From: Lobosporangium transversale
Lineage: Eukaryota
Direction: 5' to 3'
Assembly: GCF_002105155.1 (NCBI RefSeq)
Contig: NW_019028981.1
Span: forward strand, 806,001 to 870,000
Length of the DNA stretch: 64,000 bases
A program made the translations under genes and the position numbers. Under the pieces are notes generated by a model. That model was not told the DNA's origin. It made no database searches and saw nothing but the letters and a program-made list of their open reading frames with translations. Positions 1 through 20,559 of the stretch are shown in pieces (position 1 is the stretch's first letter; every line of letters starts with the position of its first letter).

Positions 1-377
1 GTGTATACCAGTTCATCCAGATTTGTCATTTGCATCTGAGTCTTTTCGAGCAAACCCTCTTGAAATTTTTTTCGCCTTAGTGCCAGAAGAGCACGTTTCT
101 TATCACCATTGGCGAGATGACCTTTAGCTAGTTCCAGTTCCTTGTTAATAACACTGTCTAACTACGAGCGAAAAGACATGAATGAGTATAAGTTTCTTCA
201 TTAAACTTAATATCACAATATATCATAAAGCATTCATTAATCTTGAGCTTTAGCAGTAGGTTCCTGGTTCCCTACCTTCCTACTATATGCCTTCAGTTTA
301 TCCCTTTGAACTTTAAGGTCCAGAATGGCTCTGTCCTGAGAAGTAATCTTGTTAGATTTGGATGTCGTTGAGCCCAT
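1..377 (-). CDS. VPS20: ESCRT-III subunit Vps20/CHMP6, 5' part (runs off window start)
   Basis: ATG at 377 gives MGSTTSKSNKITSQDRAILDLKVQRDKLK with an N-myristoylation-type MGxxxS start. GT-AG intron 275-162, then LDSVINKELELAKGHLANGDKKRALLALRRKKFQEGLLEKT, typical of Snf7-family Vps20. Confidence 0.9.
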
Positions 378-1741
378 GGCGCAGGTATTTGAAGGAATGA
401 TACAGTTCAAGATGGAGGGTGGAGTTGACAATGGAGCATGCTGGTTTATGGAATGATATATTCATGCTACTCATTCTTGGACAAAGTGAGCACGTGATCC
501 CGGCGTTCGGATCAGATAATGAGCAAAGACATGTCCAGACGATTTAAATATTCCACTCTGGGTCTAAGGGGTCTAAGGACAGGGTTTCTAATTATTTTTT
601 GAATGGCGTCCTAACAAATGCTCCACTACCACATGGGAACACTCTATTCTGTAGGGAAATGAACAAGTGGCTTAGTGTTCTCCATTCTTTCCCTTCTGAT
701 GCTCTTTAAGCAATTTGATTTCCTTGCTCCATTTTACACTTTTACGAATTCTTGAAAGAAGGTAATGATGACTAGGCTCAAAAATCAGTTGTAAAGAGCC
801 TTCTCTACTGTTTTTTTCCTGATGAACTCAATAGTGGCGCTGTGGGTGTAAATGTTCTAGTACATCAAAAAAATCATAAAAAAATGGTGGCTGCGATCTT
901 GGAGGTCGAAAGGACGTTTGATGGGATTGTGCACTGTCGAGATAGGAAGTAAGGGAAAAGGGTCATTCATAACTAAGGCATGAAGGGATGGGAGAGGAAT
1001 TTTCGAAGCCTTTTGAAAGTTATGTTTGACCGTATCTGCGACGGATGTGTGAAGCCGAACGGAGTTAGATACGTTTTGGTGTTGTGCGGAGTTCTTCTTT
1101 CGGGCTTGCGCATTGAGTTTGTGGTCATTAAGCACCTCTATGGTCGATAACCAAATGTCTAGGGATCGGCCGATTGGAGAAAGCATAAATACAACACTTA
1201 TTGTTCAGTAGATGCTGCTGTTTCGGCAACGCGAGAGTTAATGGCAAGGTTTGCTTATCAAGAATAAAAATTAACGTTGATGGTCTTGATCATCGGATAC
1301 TGTGTCCTATTGTTATCCTCGGACTCACAAAGTACCCATAAAATTGCGTTCAGATTCTCCAAAGTGTTCCTAAAGCGTTATTTTAGAGAGGTAGAGCTGT
1401 ATTTTCTTTGCTCTATCCTATCTATTCAGTCTTTATTTGTACTTGTCAAAAGTCTCCTTAATATGAACTGGTCGCCTTCAGCCACAATGCCGTTATTGAC
1501 ATTGTCAAGCGCTTTTAGGGCGGGAAATCAATGTGTCTATAGTTCAGTTTAAGAAGTGGGATTGTTGAGTTGACACTTGAAAAAACTAATATGACAATGA
1601 TACATCAGGACTCTTTATTTTTCTTTCTTTTTTTTTTCTCTCCCACCTTCTCTCTTTCTTTCTCCCTGATTTTATTTTGTCTTCTCTCCTATATTGAACG
1701 TTTGATCCATCAACTATCAGTTTATTCAGCTGTTCTTACTC

Positions 1742-3861
<2,120 letters not shown>

Positions 3862-4494
3862 CTCCTCATCAACTAATCTAATAAGTATCGACGCACCTAA
3901 AGACCTGAAATAAGGCATTTTATTATAGTACAGGTTGTGAAGCAGCTATATCTGAAAGCATTGTGGTTATAATCTATCAAAATAAAAATAAAAAAATAAA
4001 AAAAAAATAAAAATAAAAAAAAGATACACATACGCTCTATGGAGAAAGACATATGTAGCAGGCCTTCAAAAATGTAAAAAATAAAAGAAAAAAGAAAAAA
4101 AAAACTATGAGGAGGGTTTCCAAAGCTATCGTCAATAAGATCTACAATGCTTCAGCAATTATTGTTATTGACAGTCCCTGTTATCATTGATACTTGAAGT
4201 AGGTCACTTACTCTGAGGACGCCAAAAAACCTAAATGGCATCCCTGAATAATCTAAATGTTAAAGGTTTCCCCAGAATAGCAAAGGGAAAGTCGTCCTGC
4301 ACAATATCTCGTTTCTTTCTTTCTTTCTTTTTTCTTCAGAGCCAGGATAAAAACAAACAAACGTCAATCGCAGAAAAAAAATAAAAAAAGTAAAAAAATA
4401 AAAAGGAATAGAAAAGAAAAGGAAAAAAAAGATAAAGACAAGAAGGCTTTGCTGGTCATCATCCAAAGGAAGTATGTCACACACTTTCTGAGTC

Positions 4495-7253
<2,759 letters not shown>

Positions 7254-7610
7254 GTTACTCATAATTGCTCAGGCGTAAGACCAAGTTTGTTGACAATATT
7301 TTATCTAATGAAAACGGGGGTAGTCCACAGCCACAGCTTTTTTAAACTAATGAGTAATCTTTGGGCAATGGATGTCAGGCTATTTTCCCGAAGGTTGGAT
7401 AAAAGCACAGCAAACTACTGCAGCGGATAATGTAGATGGGTTAATGAAAAAACGGAAATTATTTTGATGCGAAAACTAAATTATGGCGGCAGTAAGAAGT
7501 AAAACTGATGTGATGTACAAATGATGAACAAGAAGCAAAAAAAAATAAAAAATTCAAAAACATCGCAGCTTTATTTCCCTTTGTTGTAGGATTTAAGAGC
7601 CAAAGCCCCT

Positions 7611-8504
7611 CTATACTTTTTTTAACAAATGTCTTGTCCCTTGCCAGACGACTGAATCCTCATCAAGATCTGCTGCAAACTCGCTTAGCACTAATGACGA
7701 TTTGATTAAGCCTAAGGTGCATCCTCGATGCCATTCTGACCTTTTATTTGCATTCATGTCTGTGCTCGAAGAAGGTATCGCAATTTGCAGTGACGGAGGT
7801 AATGGATGATAGATTCGTCCGGTCGATGCCGATACACAGAGTTTTTCTGGAAGGAACGGAGTTCGTTGTGTGCCTGCCCATAACAAATTCCCTGGGATGA
7901 TTGTGGGTCCAGGTTGGAGATGTTGTGAATATCCAATAGATTATAAACAAGAATGGAGTAATTGGTTAGCGAATATTGTAGGCTTTGCTCTATAGACAAG
8001 ATTCTGTTAATCACTGATTCTACACAAAGAGATGTTACCATCCTGGAAGCCGTGGAAGACAAGAGGGGTATCAGCAGATTCAACAAAGTTAATTTCCTTG
8101 CCGCAGGGACTCTGCCATGCATATTCAGAAAAGAATGGGGATGAATTGGGTTTGATTCGACGAAGAAAAAAGTCTAGGAATTTTGGATCTTTATAACAGG
8201 ACGTGAAGTTCTTTGGGTTGGTGTCCTGAAGAAAAACCTGACCATGCACATCAATGAAATAGAAGTAGGCTCGAATGCCTTTCGTTAGAAGCCGACGTAG
8301 TTCATCCGGGTCTGGTTGATGGCCGCGATCATACATTGATCTGGGAGATTCTTCAAGGGATAAATGATGATGTTGCTTATCTTGCTGTAGACAGAAAATT
8401 TGTTGTGAAAATGCCCGCTGTGTACATGCTCCGATACCAGTTAATGGATATGAAATATACTTGTGCAGCCGAGTAGGCCATGATGCATGAGCGATGAGCA
8501 ACAT
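7611..8504 (-). CDS. DUF4505 / C8orf82 (UPF0598)-like protein, two exons
   Basis: RAYFYFIDVHGQVFLQDTNPKNFTSCYKDPKFLDFF..SPCGKEINFV..DTPLVF, then PFLPEKLCVSASTGRIYHP..LGLIKSSL after an intron at about 8037-7893. Confidence 0.8.
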
Positions 8505-9295
8505 TTAATAAGGATGTTGATTGCTCAATGAAGCAGAGTGTTGACGATGGACAGCAGAATGAGAGTCGAGCAACAGTAGGGACAGACAAACATTGGAATA
8601 TTTTAAGCAATAGGAACAATAGAGCAATAGGATGGTACATACCTGGATGCTCTATGCTTTTATTGTTTTTAGGGTCTCCTTGATCGTTTGAGAATGAGCA
8701 CTGACCTTCTATAGGCTTGCAACGTTGGTTTCAATAAAGAAGTAAAATAAAATAAAATAAAATAAAAAAGAGTTCAATAGATGTACACCATGATGGTTCA
8801 ATATAGGACCCACTTTGGTCGTCGGGGTACCAAGCATGGCTTCCAATGGAGTGCAATTGGCCATTATCGATCATTGTTATTTTTATAAGCACCAACAGTG
8901 TTCAGTCTATCAGGCAATATGCCAATGCACAGCCTGAATGGACATGCCATGGCTTCGTCAGCCAACGTTAGGATTGTTTTTTTTTTTTTTTTTTTTTTTT
9001 GTTGGCTCCTCCAACTCTTCCTTTCCCCCTTCCTTTTCCTCCTTTTTTTTTTTTTTTTTTTTTTTTTGGAGCTCAGAATAGGTCCATTCACTTCCACAGC
9101 ATTGTTTTCTAGTCTTGCTCACTAAACTACCAGCCTACCTACACTCGCATACATCCCCCTTCTCTCTCTCCTTAGTCTCGAGTCGTTGCTCATCTCTTTC
9201 AGACTTTTTTCTTTTCTTCTTTCTTGCGCTGACTGCATTACTTGCCCATCATTCTCTCGCGAATCACAAAACGTCTAAGCGACACAATCTCTGAC

Positions 9296-11049
<1,754 letters not shown>

Positions 11050-11325
11050 GTTGATTGACAAGTTTAGTTGGAGCGAAGGAGAGATGAGAAAAGTTAAATA
11101 AATAAAAAGTAAAATAGCCATATGAAGGAAAGAAGTGCGTTCATGTATGCCCCTTTCTGCTTGCAGTTGAACAGATTTTTTATTTTGCCAATCTGGAGAT
11201 GGGCCATGTGGCGTGTCCATGTGCTTCATACTGGTCCATCCCTTGCACGGGGACAGCATTCAGAGCATTCAAGAGCATTCGGATGCAATATGCAACATTC
11301 CCTTTTCTCTTTTCCTTCTTGCTCT

Positions 11326-11372
11326 TTGCCTTGCCTTGCCTTGCCTTGCCTTGCCTTGCTTTGCTTTGCTTT
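11326..11372. repeat. (TTGCC)n/(TTGCT)n pentanucleotide microsatellite, followed by a purine-rich low-complexity tract
   Basis: Direct reading. Confidence 0.9.
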
Positions 11373-12152
11373 GATACTCTGACAAACAAGTAAAGTTGAA
11401 TCGTAAAGAAAAGGCTGAAGAGAAGACAAGAGAGAAAAAGAGGAAGATAAGAAGAGAAGAGAGAAGAAAGAGAGAAGAAAGAGAGAGGAGAGAAGAGAGA
11501 AAAGAGAGAAAAGGAAAGTTGAAAGCAAAGATAAAAAAAAAAATAAAACCCTTTCCTTTACTTGTCTCTTTCCTTTCCAACACACCTTTCTTAATTCCTC
11601 TCTTGTCATCACAGACACTCCAATAGGTGTAGCTTTTCTTTAGTGCTTCATTAGCTTCCACAACAACTTCATTCTCTTCATTCCCTCTATCCTCATCTGT
11701 GTGTAAGTCTTTTTTTAGCTTTTTTTTTTTTCAACATGTCTGATGTGTCGACCATGTACACATCACAAGACGTTGCGCGTGGCACGCTTTCGTTTGTCAA
11801 CTTTTTTGTCTTTGCATCAAGGACAAGCTCAACAGCTTGTGAGGCAAATAAAGGAGAACAAAAAAAAAAAACTTTTACCCCCGTCCAGTTGATTCCAAAT
11901 ATCGCTTATTAACACTTTACTCTTTCTCTAATCTGTTGCTACTTTCTCCTTCTCTTCTCTTTCTCTTTCTCTTTCTCTCTCTCTTTTTTGTGTCGTCCTT
12001 TTATTTTTTTTTTTGTTGCACGTTACGTCTGTATTCTTGTGTTATATCTTTTATTTTTTATTTATTTTTGCTCCCCATCACGCCTCATCTTTTTACCATC
12101 CATCCCTTCTTCTCATCGATACAATTTTATATACAGTCCTAGTCATCACGCC

Positions 12153-13710
12153 ATGTCGACCCCAAAGAGTGCCTCATACGATTATCTCATCAAGTTGCTA
12201 CTGATTGGTGACTCTGGTAAGTCATTGAGGACCTTGTTTATCCATCTAGACGCAAAGCCAAGCCTTTTCCTCCCTCTCTCTTCCTCCTCAACAAATCCGG
12301 GGCATGCAGAGAGACTAGTTTTGTTTTCTTTTCCTCGAGAGCTCTGGGTTATCTTTGCTGTAGCCTATCATGTGTTCCGTAGTGATACCATGGTACCATC
12401 CTGTTGTATTCACAATGTACTGCATCTGCCTCTTCACCATGGCATAACATGCTCGAAAGTGGTTAAAATCATTGCCTCTGCCCATCCTGGCTGTCACGCG
12501 TCATCCCATACTTCCCTCTCCCTATGGAAATGGACCAGAGCTTCTGAATGGGATGAATATTGTCAAGCAAACTTACATTTCTATTATACGGTTCTTCATA
12601 GGTGTTGGCAAGTCGTGCCTACTTCTCCGCTTCTCTGATGATTCTTTCACACCTTCGTTCATCACCACCATCGGAATCGACTTCAAGATTCGCACCATCG
12701 AGCTTGATGGCAAGCGCATCAAGCTCCAGATCTGGGACACAGCCGGTAAGCTCGCCTACTATTATCCAGCACTGGTCTTACCTTTATCCATAGTTGTATC
12801 ATTCATAAGACAGCTAAACCAAACATGCTCTTGTTGTAAATTTAGGTCAGGAGCGTTTCCGCACTATTACAACAGGTACCAAACCCATCAAAGTGGCTCA
12901 TTCTTATTGCCTGTTTTTTAACATCAGGGATACACTCTTAACATCGTACATTCTTCTCTCTTCCTCCGATTTCTATTATCAGCATATTATCGCGGAGCCA
13001 TGGGTATCCTTTTAGTGTACGATGTCACGGACGAACGTTCATTTAGCAGTAAGTTTTCAGGATTGATCATTCATGATACATGGACAAGTTCATGGGCTAA
13101 ATACATACAATCATATTTTTTTACGCCACCATTCTAATTATTTTGGATCCATCCCTCGTTAGATATTCGTAATTGGTTCTCGAACATCGAGCAACACGCC
13201 AGTGAGGGAGTCAACAAAATCCTTATTGGAAACAAGTGCGATATGCCGGACAAGAAGGTTAGATATTCTGATATATCTGATATGCCTGGAATGATAGTAG
13301 GGGAAAAAAAGAGAGAAAGAAAATAATACTAAAAAAAATATGCTATTTTTTACAGGTTATCTCAAAGGACCAGGGTCAGGCCTTGGCAGATGAGTTTGGA
13401 ATCAAGTTTTTGGAGACAAGTGCCAAATCCAATATCTGTGTTGAAGAAGCATTTTTCTCCCTTGCCAGGTATACTTTTTTTTTTTTTTTTTTTTTTCTCG
13501 CTCTGAACCCTTTTTAAAGCATGACTTGTAATTCAATGTGCTTACATTTGTACATCTTTTCCTAAAAAAAAAAAAAAAAAAAAAAATCTGGCCTACAGGG
13601 ACATTAAGAAGCGTATGATCGACACCCAGACCAACCAAACGCAGAATCCCAGCACTTTGGTAGTGGATGAAAAAGGCAGCAACAAACTTGGAAATGGATG
13701 CTGCAATTAA
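12153..13710 (+). CDS. SEC4: Rab8/Sec4/Ypt2 small GTPase, multi-exon
   Basis: [70 protein letters not shown]-terminal GCCN prenylation motif. Confidence 0.92.
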
Positions 13711-14726
13711 AATGAATTGGATGGTTTGTTCCCAAGCTTCTCTGAGTGGACATACACTTTAAAAAAAATGCCTCAAAGAGTAAGACAAGGATTTTTGACG
13801 ATGTAATGCTGTGAATAGCCGGTGACACCCTGTAGAGATACATTTGTTGAATCGCATTGAAGGACAAATGCACACTGGTCAAGAGAAATAAACGACACTT
13901 TTATTAAATTTTTTTAAAAAAAAACAGTTCTCATTATACAAAGTGTTCCTCGCGAAGAGCAATTACAAGAGACGATCAGTATTCTCGCAATACTACAGTA
14001 TTTAAACACGATGGCTTTGAATACCCCTACTTCTGATAAGGAGAATTATGACCGAGCATTTAACCTCATCGATGAGACTGTCTTAATAGAACCAACCGCT
14101 TTCTATTGATTGGTACAAGCATATCTGTCATGACATAGTGTTAGGACTGGATACTGAATTTCCTGTAGACAACACAGATATACTGCTGAATGAATAGTTC
14201 CACATTAGCATGGATAGACTACATCGGTTGACGAAAAAAAAAAAAAAAAAAAAAAAAGTGGGGGCCTTCCCTTTTCTACCGTTTCATACTTGTGGATAGT
14301 CATTGTAAAGCCGATGTTGATACATGTATATTTATTGAAGTAACGGCATTCACTCACAAGAAAACCAAGATGTTATTCGCTCATCGTCTTTGTCGCATAA
14401 CCAAATTAAGACGATCAACCTTAATAATGACAAACACAATGAAGGGATGGTGGACATCAACAGATATAGTCGATGAGCTTTGGGACCAAAGGTTCAGCAG
14501 CGACAACTGCTTGGAGAGATACCAGCTTTTAGAGGAAGGGATAAGAGAAAATAACTTATTGTATGCTTCGAATGAATATCTGCAGCAGCTTTGCTCTTTC
14601 CGATCAATACCTCGTATCGCACAAAAAATACTTTGCACATTTTTTGATGACTTGTCTAAACTTTGAGTAATGGGATTGATGTGAAGTTGTAGATAAAGTA
14701 GATGAAATTAGAAGATCTCTATTTTG

Positions 14727-15500
14727 TTAATCTGTAGTGTGCCCTATGGACCATGTTTGGTTAAAGATTGTGAGAACACCATATCTAAATCCATTGGTCC
14801 ATATATATCCTAATATTTGTTGCAATGGAAGGACAGCTCCACCTAGGTTCAAACCGTAAGCTTGTGAAAAATCAATGTTTGCTTCTAAAGATAAAAGGAA
14901 TGGTCGCTTCACTTCTATAGGAAACAGATTCATGTCGTCATGGCAGCGATAACATACAAAATCAGAGTCGCCAGTGTATTGAAGAGGGGATTGCATAGTT
15001 GTAGCCCGGTCGACAGTTCCAACGTCGTTGATAATTATATGGCGAATGGTAGCCTCTTGGTAAAATCTTCTCACATATGTAATTGTGGGATAGAATGGCG
15101 ATGTGCATCGTCTAAAGGCATATTGCGCACGATATCAAGAAAATTATCCCAAGGTGTGATCGGGTTGGCGACGCTAAGTAACAGGGACGTGCTTGTGTGC
15201 TAATTTCATCAGGTCCTTGGTCCACACCTTCAATTGGTGGCGAGATATGTTGGATGAGCTGCCTCTCAGATATGCCTATGGTCCCTAATGTTTAAATAAA
15301 TAGACGTATCATCAATGAAGTCATACACAAAATATTAAAACAAAGAGAACAAACTGCTAATCTCTTACCTGCCGATGGCCGCTGAACAATATGTGGACAA
15401 TCTCCTCAGACAGAGGTGACGTGCCAATGTCTTTAAGGTCTTGCTTGTTGCTTTGGCGAGTGATTCCTTTGACTCAACATTGGCGAGATTGACTACTATA
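14727..15500 (-). pseudogene. Decayed gene with a PD-(D/E)xK-like domain of the type found in Mucoromycota effector/kinase-associated families
   Basis: GDSDFVC..LFPIEVKRPF..LQQILGYIWTNGFRYGVLT..QTW; broken frames upstream and an early stop. Boundaries approximate. Confidence 0.5.
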
Positions 15501-15864
15501 CCTTCATGGAGGGCCGATACCTTATAAGGAATGAGTTATTTAAAGGAAAGGTGATCAAGATCCGGCTTGATGACCCCCTTGAGGGCAGCTATGGAGTCAT
15601 CAGGCTTCGACTTCAAATGATGCAGATGCCATCGAGAATGCAGAAGAGTTTATTTTATTTTATTTTATTTTATTTTTTTTTTTTCGGTTGCCATTTAGGA
15701 TAGTTGTGCGCTGAAATAACTGATTCGAGAGCAGCCAAGTGCGAAAAGAGCTGAAAGTTCGTGAGTAAGAATGTAGGTGTTATTGTAATGAAGAAAAGTA
15801 AGAAAGTGATGGCAAAATAGTTTGTGATGTCACTCACTTTGAAGCGTTTATTTTACCTTTTAGG

Positions 15865-17440
15865 TGAATTTATCTTACTGCACAAAGTCGATCACATTCT
15901 CCCAAGCCAGCAGTTCTTCTACCAAGATCAAAGGATATCATGCAACCGACATCCATGACGATGCGGCAAGTCCTCCTTGGGATGTTAAAGTAAAAATAAA
16001 AAACCATTCACTAAGCTTTGCGCGCGTTAGTGTATTTCAGCTTTGATTTAATCACTTTTTCAATTTCTGTGGTGCATAGGGGATCCATATGTCTCTTTTT
16101 CTTTTTTTCTTTGCCGATGCTTCCGACTTTGCTGGCGGCTGGATCATCAACTGCGGAGATTGATGGGTCGAAAATGTGGATAACGATGTCTCTGGTAGGC
16201 TGGACCCCATTATTGAAGTAGAAGACGAAGCTAGAGGAAGTAGTGGTGAAGAAGGAGCAGTAGTTGATGAAGAATGATTCATCCAGTTCTGCATCCGACT
16301 CTGCTGCAGCTGTATATATTTGAAGTACTGCTGCTGTTGTTGACACAGCTCAAGTTGGTGTTGTTGCTGTTGTCCATTTAATTGCTCTTTTAGCTGACGC
16401 AGCTCGAGCTGAAGCTGTTGTTGTTGCTGTTGTTGTTGTTTTAACTGCTGCTGCAAGAGTTGATAGTGCATCTGTGAGAGCCTCGAAATGTCCTTGAATC
16501 CTTCTGCGATCTCAGGAATTATCGCATTATACTTTTGCACAATATTAGGCTCAGGATGTTCTACAACGTAGCTCATCTCTTTCTGGAACTCCAAGAACAA
16601 AGGGGACTTGAAGATGTCATCTTCCAAAATTCTGCTATGGTGACTATAGTGTAATCGAAACGCAGCATCTTGAAGTATGATTCGCCGGCATCGCACAAGC
16701 AGCCTCAGAAACCCGCAAGTGGAAATCTCATTTTCAGAATAAATATTTTTCTTTGATGAGGAGTTAGCTACTTGTGTGGCTTCAACTGCAACTGTTGATC
16801 CAAGCACTGCACGAATATTGGGCAGACTATTTGGATCCACTTCGTCCATTTCCTTCAAACATTCATCTCTCCACCATTTGTTATTTTTCCCAAAGATATC
16901 TTCAATCCAAGGAAAAACTAGCAATTGCAAGGCATTCGATGGCCTGATAGAGTTTCGAAGGAGGAAGAATGACTTAGAATAGAACCCTGCCATCCCAAGA
17001 GCAAACCTCGAAGGCAAGCATGGCAAATAAAAGCTTTCCATGCGGCCTCGTTTTGCGGTCCACCGCCCGCCTGCTTTAATATCATCCTGACTTATACCTA
17101 GCCTATGGGCTTCGATAGTGCCAGCATGACGGCCCCCATGAGTTTTCCTAGGACTGTTGACATTGTGCTGATCATAAAGGGCTTCCACAGTACGATAAGT
17201 TGATTGAGAGGCGAGACTTTTTGTCCTCTCTTTATTGCCCGGAATGACCTTGAGTTGGACGAAGTCAGAACTGTTAATTGACTTTACGACGTCTTTAATT
17301 TGAAGGCTCTTGGATTTTTCGTGATCCGAGCCCTTGTGATGAAAGATGATATTAGGATAATAGAAAGTAGAACAAGAAAAGAATGTTAATATAATCCATT
17401 CATCATTACTACAACACAATAAAGAAAAAAATGAAATTAG

Positions 17441-17472
<32 letters not shown>

Positions 17473-19790
17473 CAGCATGATAAAGTTGAAATTGAGAACT
17501 TACTTGCCAAAGTTGATACATGTAAAAGGCAAAAGCACTAAAGACGCATCTACGTACATCTTCATGTCGCAATGCACACGCATACCAGTTTTCATTATTC
17601 TTGTTGGTCTTACCCTTGTTAATTTTGAAGGTGAGCCCAATTGGTTGTTGTCCTCCTTCAGTTCTTTGTGTAATGATGGTGCTGAAGCAATCCGCAAAGT
17701 TTAAGTTTCGAAGATCCTCATCCCGAAGCAGCATATTATGCCGTGCAGTTAGACAGAACATGTCCCGATAATTAGTATCATACTCACGCGCTCGCATGTT
17801 TGGCGAATGTCTTTCCTTCGTCCAAAGTCCCATCAATATACTGTGGAACTGCACGGGGGTGTAAGAATCTCGAAGTGTACAGCCTGCTTCACGCCTGCCA
17901 CCCGATCGAACGACATGAGTGTGAAGACTCTCTATATGCTGGATAAGGATGGTTTGGAGTAGCTTCATTTGAGATGGCGAAAGATCCCAACTCACATCGT
18001 TTCGCTCGGCCTGTAGTGAATGGATTCGAATCAGGGCCTTTTTAGCCATCTTTATAGTCTCAGTACCGAGTGATACCGATACGGTTTTTTTTACCAGTTT
18101 TATCGACTGGAGCAGCTTCTATTACTATGCCAAAGGCCAACGGCGAGGAGAATATGGGGAGAGAGGAAGTTTCGATAAAAACGATATAATACTAACAGAA
18201 TGTCGACATTGCTATGTCGTCATATACGCGGCACCTTAAATAATACACAGTTGCTCGACATACTTTCGACTAGGCTAGCCCCGTGTATAGCCGAAGAATC
18301 CTCCTCAGCGGCAAGGTGCGTACGGAAATCTGCTCCTGGTTTAGTGCGCTTGAGTATAGTCTTCTTGAGGATGACTTCTCGAAAAAAACAAACGACTTTA
18401 TCCTGTGAGTCCACCAGATATAGGGCACGACCATCTTTATCTGCATACCGTTCGCGATATTTCTCACAAAATGCCTGTTTAGCACATTAAGGGCCCATGT
18501 CAAGAATGATTTATTAGATGGAGTTGTTAATATTATAGACCCTCTGGCTAGTTGATAGCATTAGAGGAAAATACGAATACCTTGTTAAATTTTATCCGTT
18601 ACATACCTTCCACAGACGATAGGTGGGCTGATATGAGGCAAGCGTTTTTGGTTTAATCCCTGAGCAGTCATTCATGTCATCAACGAATCGTTCCTCAGCA
18701 TCCGGGGGGTCCTGACTCTGATACTCGGAAACATATTGCAAAGGTATCGACCTATCAAGCGATTGATCTAGCCTGACCGCGGGTTCGGCGGGCAATGATT
18801 GATACGGACGCGGATGTAGCTGACTTCTTGACTTTATAAGTTGCTGTTGTGGTGCTTGCGATGCGTTCTTAGGACGTCCTCTGGAACGCTTAAGTGATGG
18901 GGAAAGCGGTAGCGGTGGTATTTCTACATCTAAGGACGGTGCAGCTGTGAGGACATTGGAAGACGCCATTGTAGACACCGTGGCTGATCCTAGACTTGAC
19001 CCTGGCAGCATCCGTTCCTTTGAAAAGAATCCAAATTCCTTTTCCATTTTTGCTTTTTGAAAAAAATAAAAATAAAAAATCGACTTCTCTAAGATTAACT
19101 CTGCGAAATGACAAAAGTCAGAGAAATGAGAAGTCGATTGCTGAATGCTACGGCTAAAGCAGAATGGCTTTGGGATCTCGACGCAACAAGAAGAGGAAAA
19201 TGTAGGCGGATGAAAGGATGGACAGAATAAAGAGAATGCAATGGACTGCAGTGGCATATAAGAAAATAAAAATCATACTTCATCTATAAGCATTGGTTGG
19301 ACGCGCTTTTGACAAGCGAAAATAAAAAACTGGTAAGTGCGTTTACCAACTTTCTGTTCCCTTTTATGGAAATTATAACAAAACCAAAGCATTTTCCTCC
19401 CCAAAAAGGCAGGAGTTTACAGAAACGCACTGTCCCCTGAAGAAACGAAAATAATTCCTGACACATAATTTTCAGGCACAGTAAATTGCCGTCTTTTTGC
19501 CGTCTTCTGCCGTCCTCGATTTTCTTTGACTAGTTCTGTTGGTCCCCCCCATGTGACTTCTGTGAGGCTATCACCTTGGTATTTCCAGTGGGGCTGAGCC
19601 ATTTATGAGGCCCAAGGAAGCCCTCACTGGGAGCTGTCTGGGGCCTTTTTATTTTATCATTATTTTTAAAAAAACACTTCACGAAATACGCTCAAAAATA
19701 TTTTATTGTCATGTGATGCATATCGGAAATAAGAAATTTTAAGTTCCGGACTGAATATTTATTTCCTTTCCTCTAAAATCTAAGGGACTC
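15865..19790 (-). mobile_element. Inverted near-identical copy of the left 3.9 kb of the composite element (terminus plus tyrosine recombinase 1), truncated at 15865
   Basis: Reverse complement of 24771-28696 with mirrored identical ORF translations. Only homopolymer differences were noticed (G3 vs G4 in the terminus; T8 vs A7 near 18085). Confidence 0.95.
16052..19047 (-). CDS. Crypton/Ndc10-like tyrosine recombinase, copy B (1-nt homopolymer frameshift near 18085)
   Basis: Same protein as 25515-28509; an extra T breaks the frame, either real or a sequencing error. Confidence 0.8.
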
Positions 19791-19941
19791 CCCCTGTGAT
19801 GTTTTATCACAGACGCCTTTTGTTTGAAACCACAGTAGTCATTTGTTTGTTTCCTTCTTTGGTGCCTACTGCTGGTTGCATGTGGCATCGACCCAAAGTT
19901 GAAAACTTTCTCTTGGCACTGTGTGCTTGTTGCATCTGGAG

Positions 19942-20212
19942 CAGTGCTCCTATTCGCACCATTCGAATCGAATTTGACTAATATCGAATTCGATTCGAAT
20001 AGGGTAAGTTCAAATTCGAGTCATTCGATTTATTCGAACTATTGGCACAATAGTAAATGATAATTTTAAATCTTTTTTTTTTTTTTTTTTTTTTTGAATG
20101 GATGTAAAATACCAGGACCATACTTTCGCTACGCGTAGCCAGTGGTCCTATTCGAATAGCTTCGAATAAGCCTTATCCTGGTTCGATTCGAATGGTTCGA
20201 ATAGGAGCACTG
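19942..20212. mobile_element. hAT-type MITE
   Basis: TIR CAGTGCTCCTATTCG; 8-bp TSD ATCTGGAG on both sides; many internal TTCGAA motifs. Confidence 0.88.
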
Positions 20213-20559
20213 ATCTGGAGTCTACCGGACTATAACTGGGTATTGGACTATGTTTGATGGCATCTACCATATTTGAATGCACTCCATATTCTATCATCTT
20301 AACTGCAATATTGCAACCTATACAATGCTCGAGGCGAAGACTGGTCTGCAATTGGAGTTGTCATGTATCGATTCAGCTTTGGACAAGTCAGCGGAAGCAT
20401 ACTTTAACAAATTTGGATTATGTGACAGACCAACGGCACATCCAAGTCCTTGAATTATTGTAAGCATGATATTTGGTACCTTCGTCTATGCTCCTAAATA
20501 GTCTACAGTTGTTCTTGTGAAACTAAGTTCTTCATCTCCATTGATGTTCTCATTTCCAG

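Noticed and set aside
560..580. TCTAAGGGGTC as another element terminus
   Set aside because: Partial match only, with none of the subterminal block; it lies in the VPS20 upstream region.
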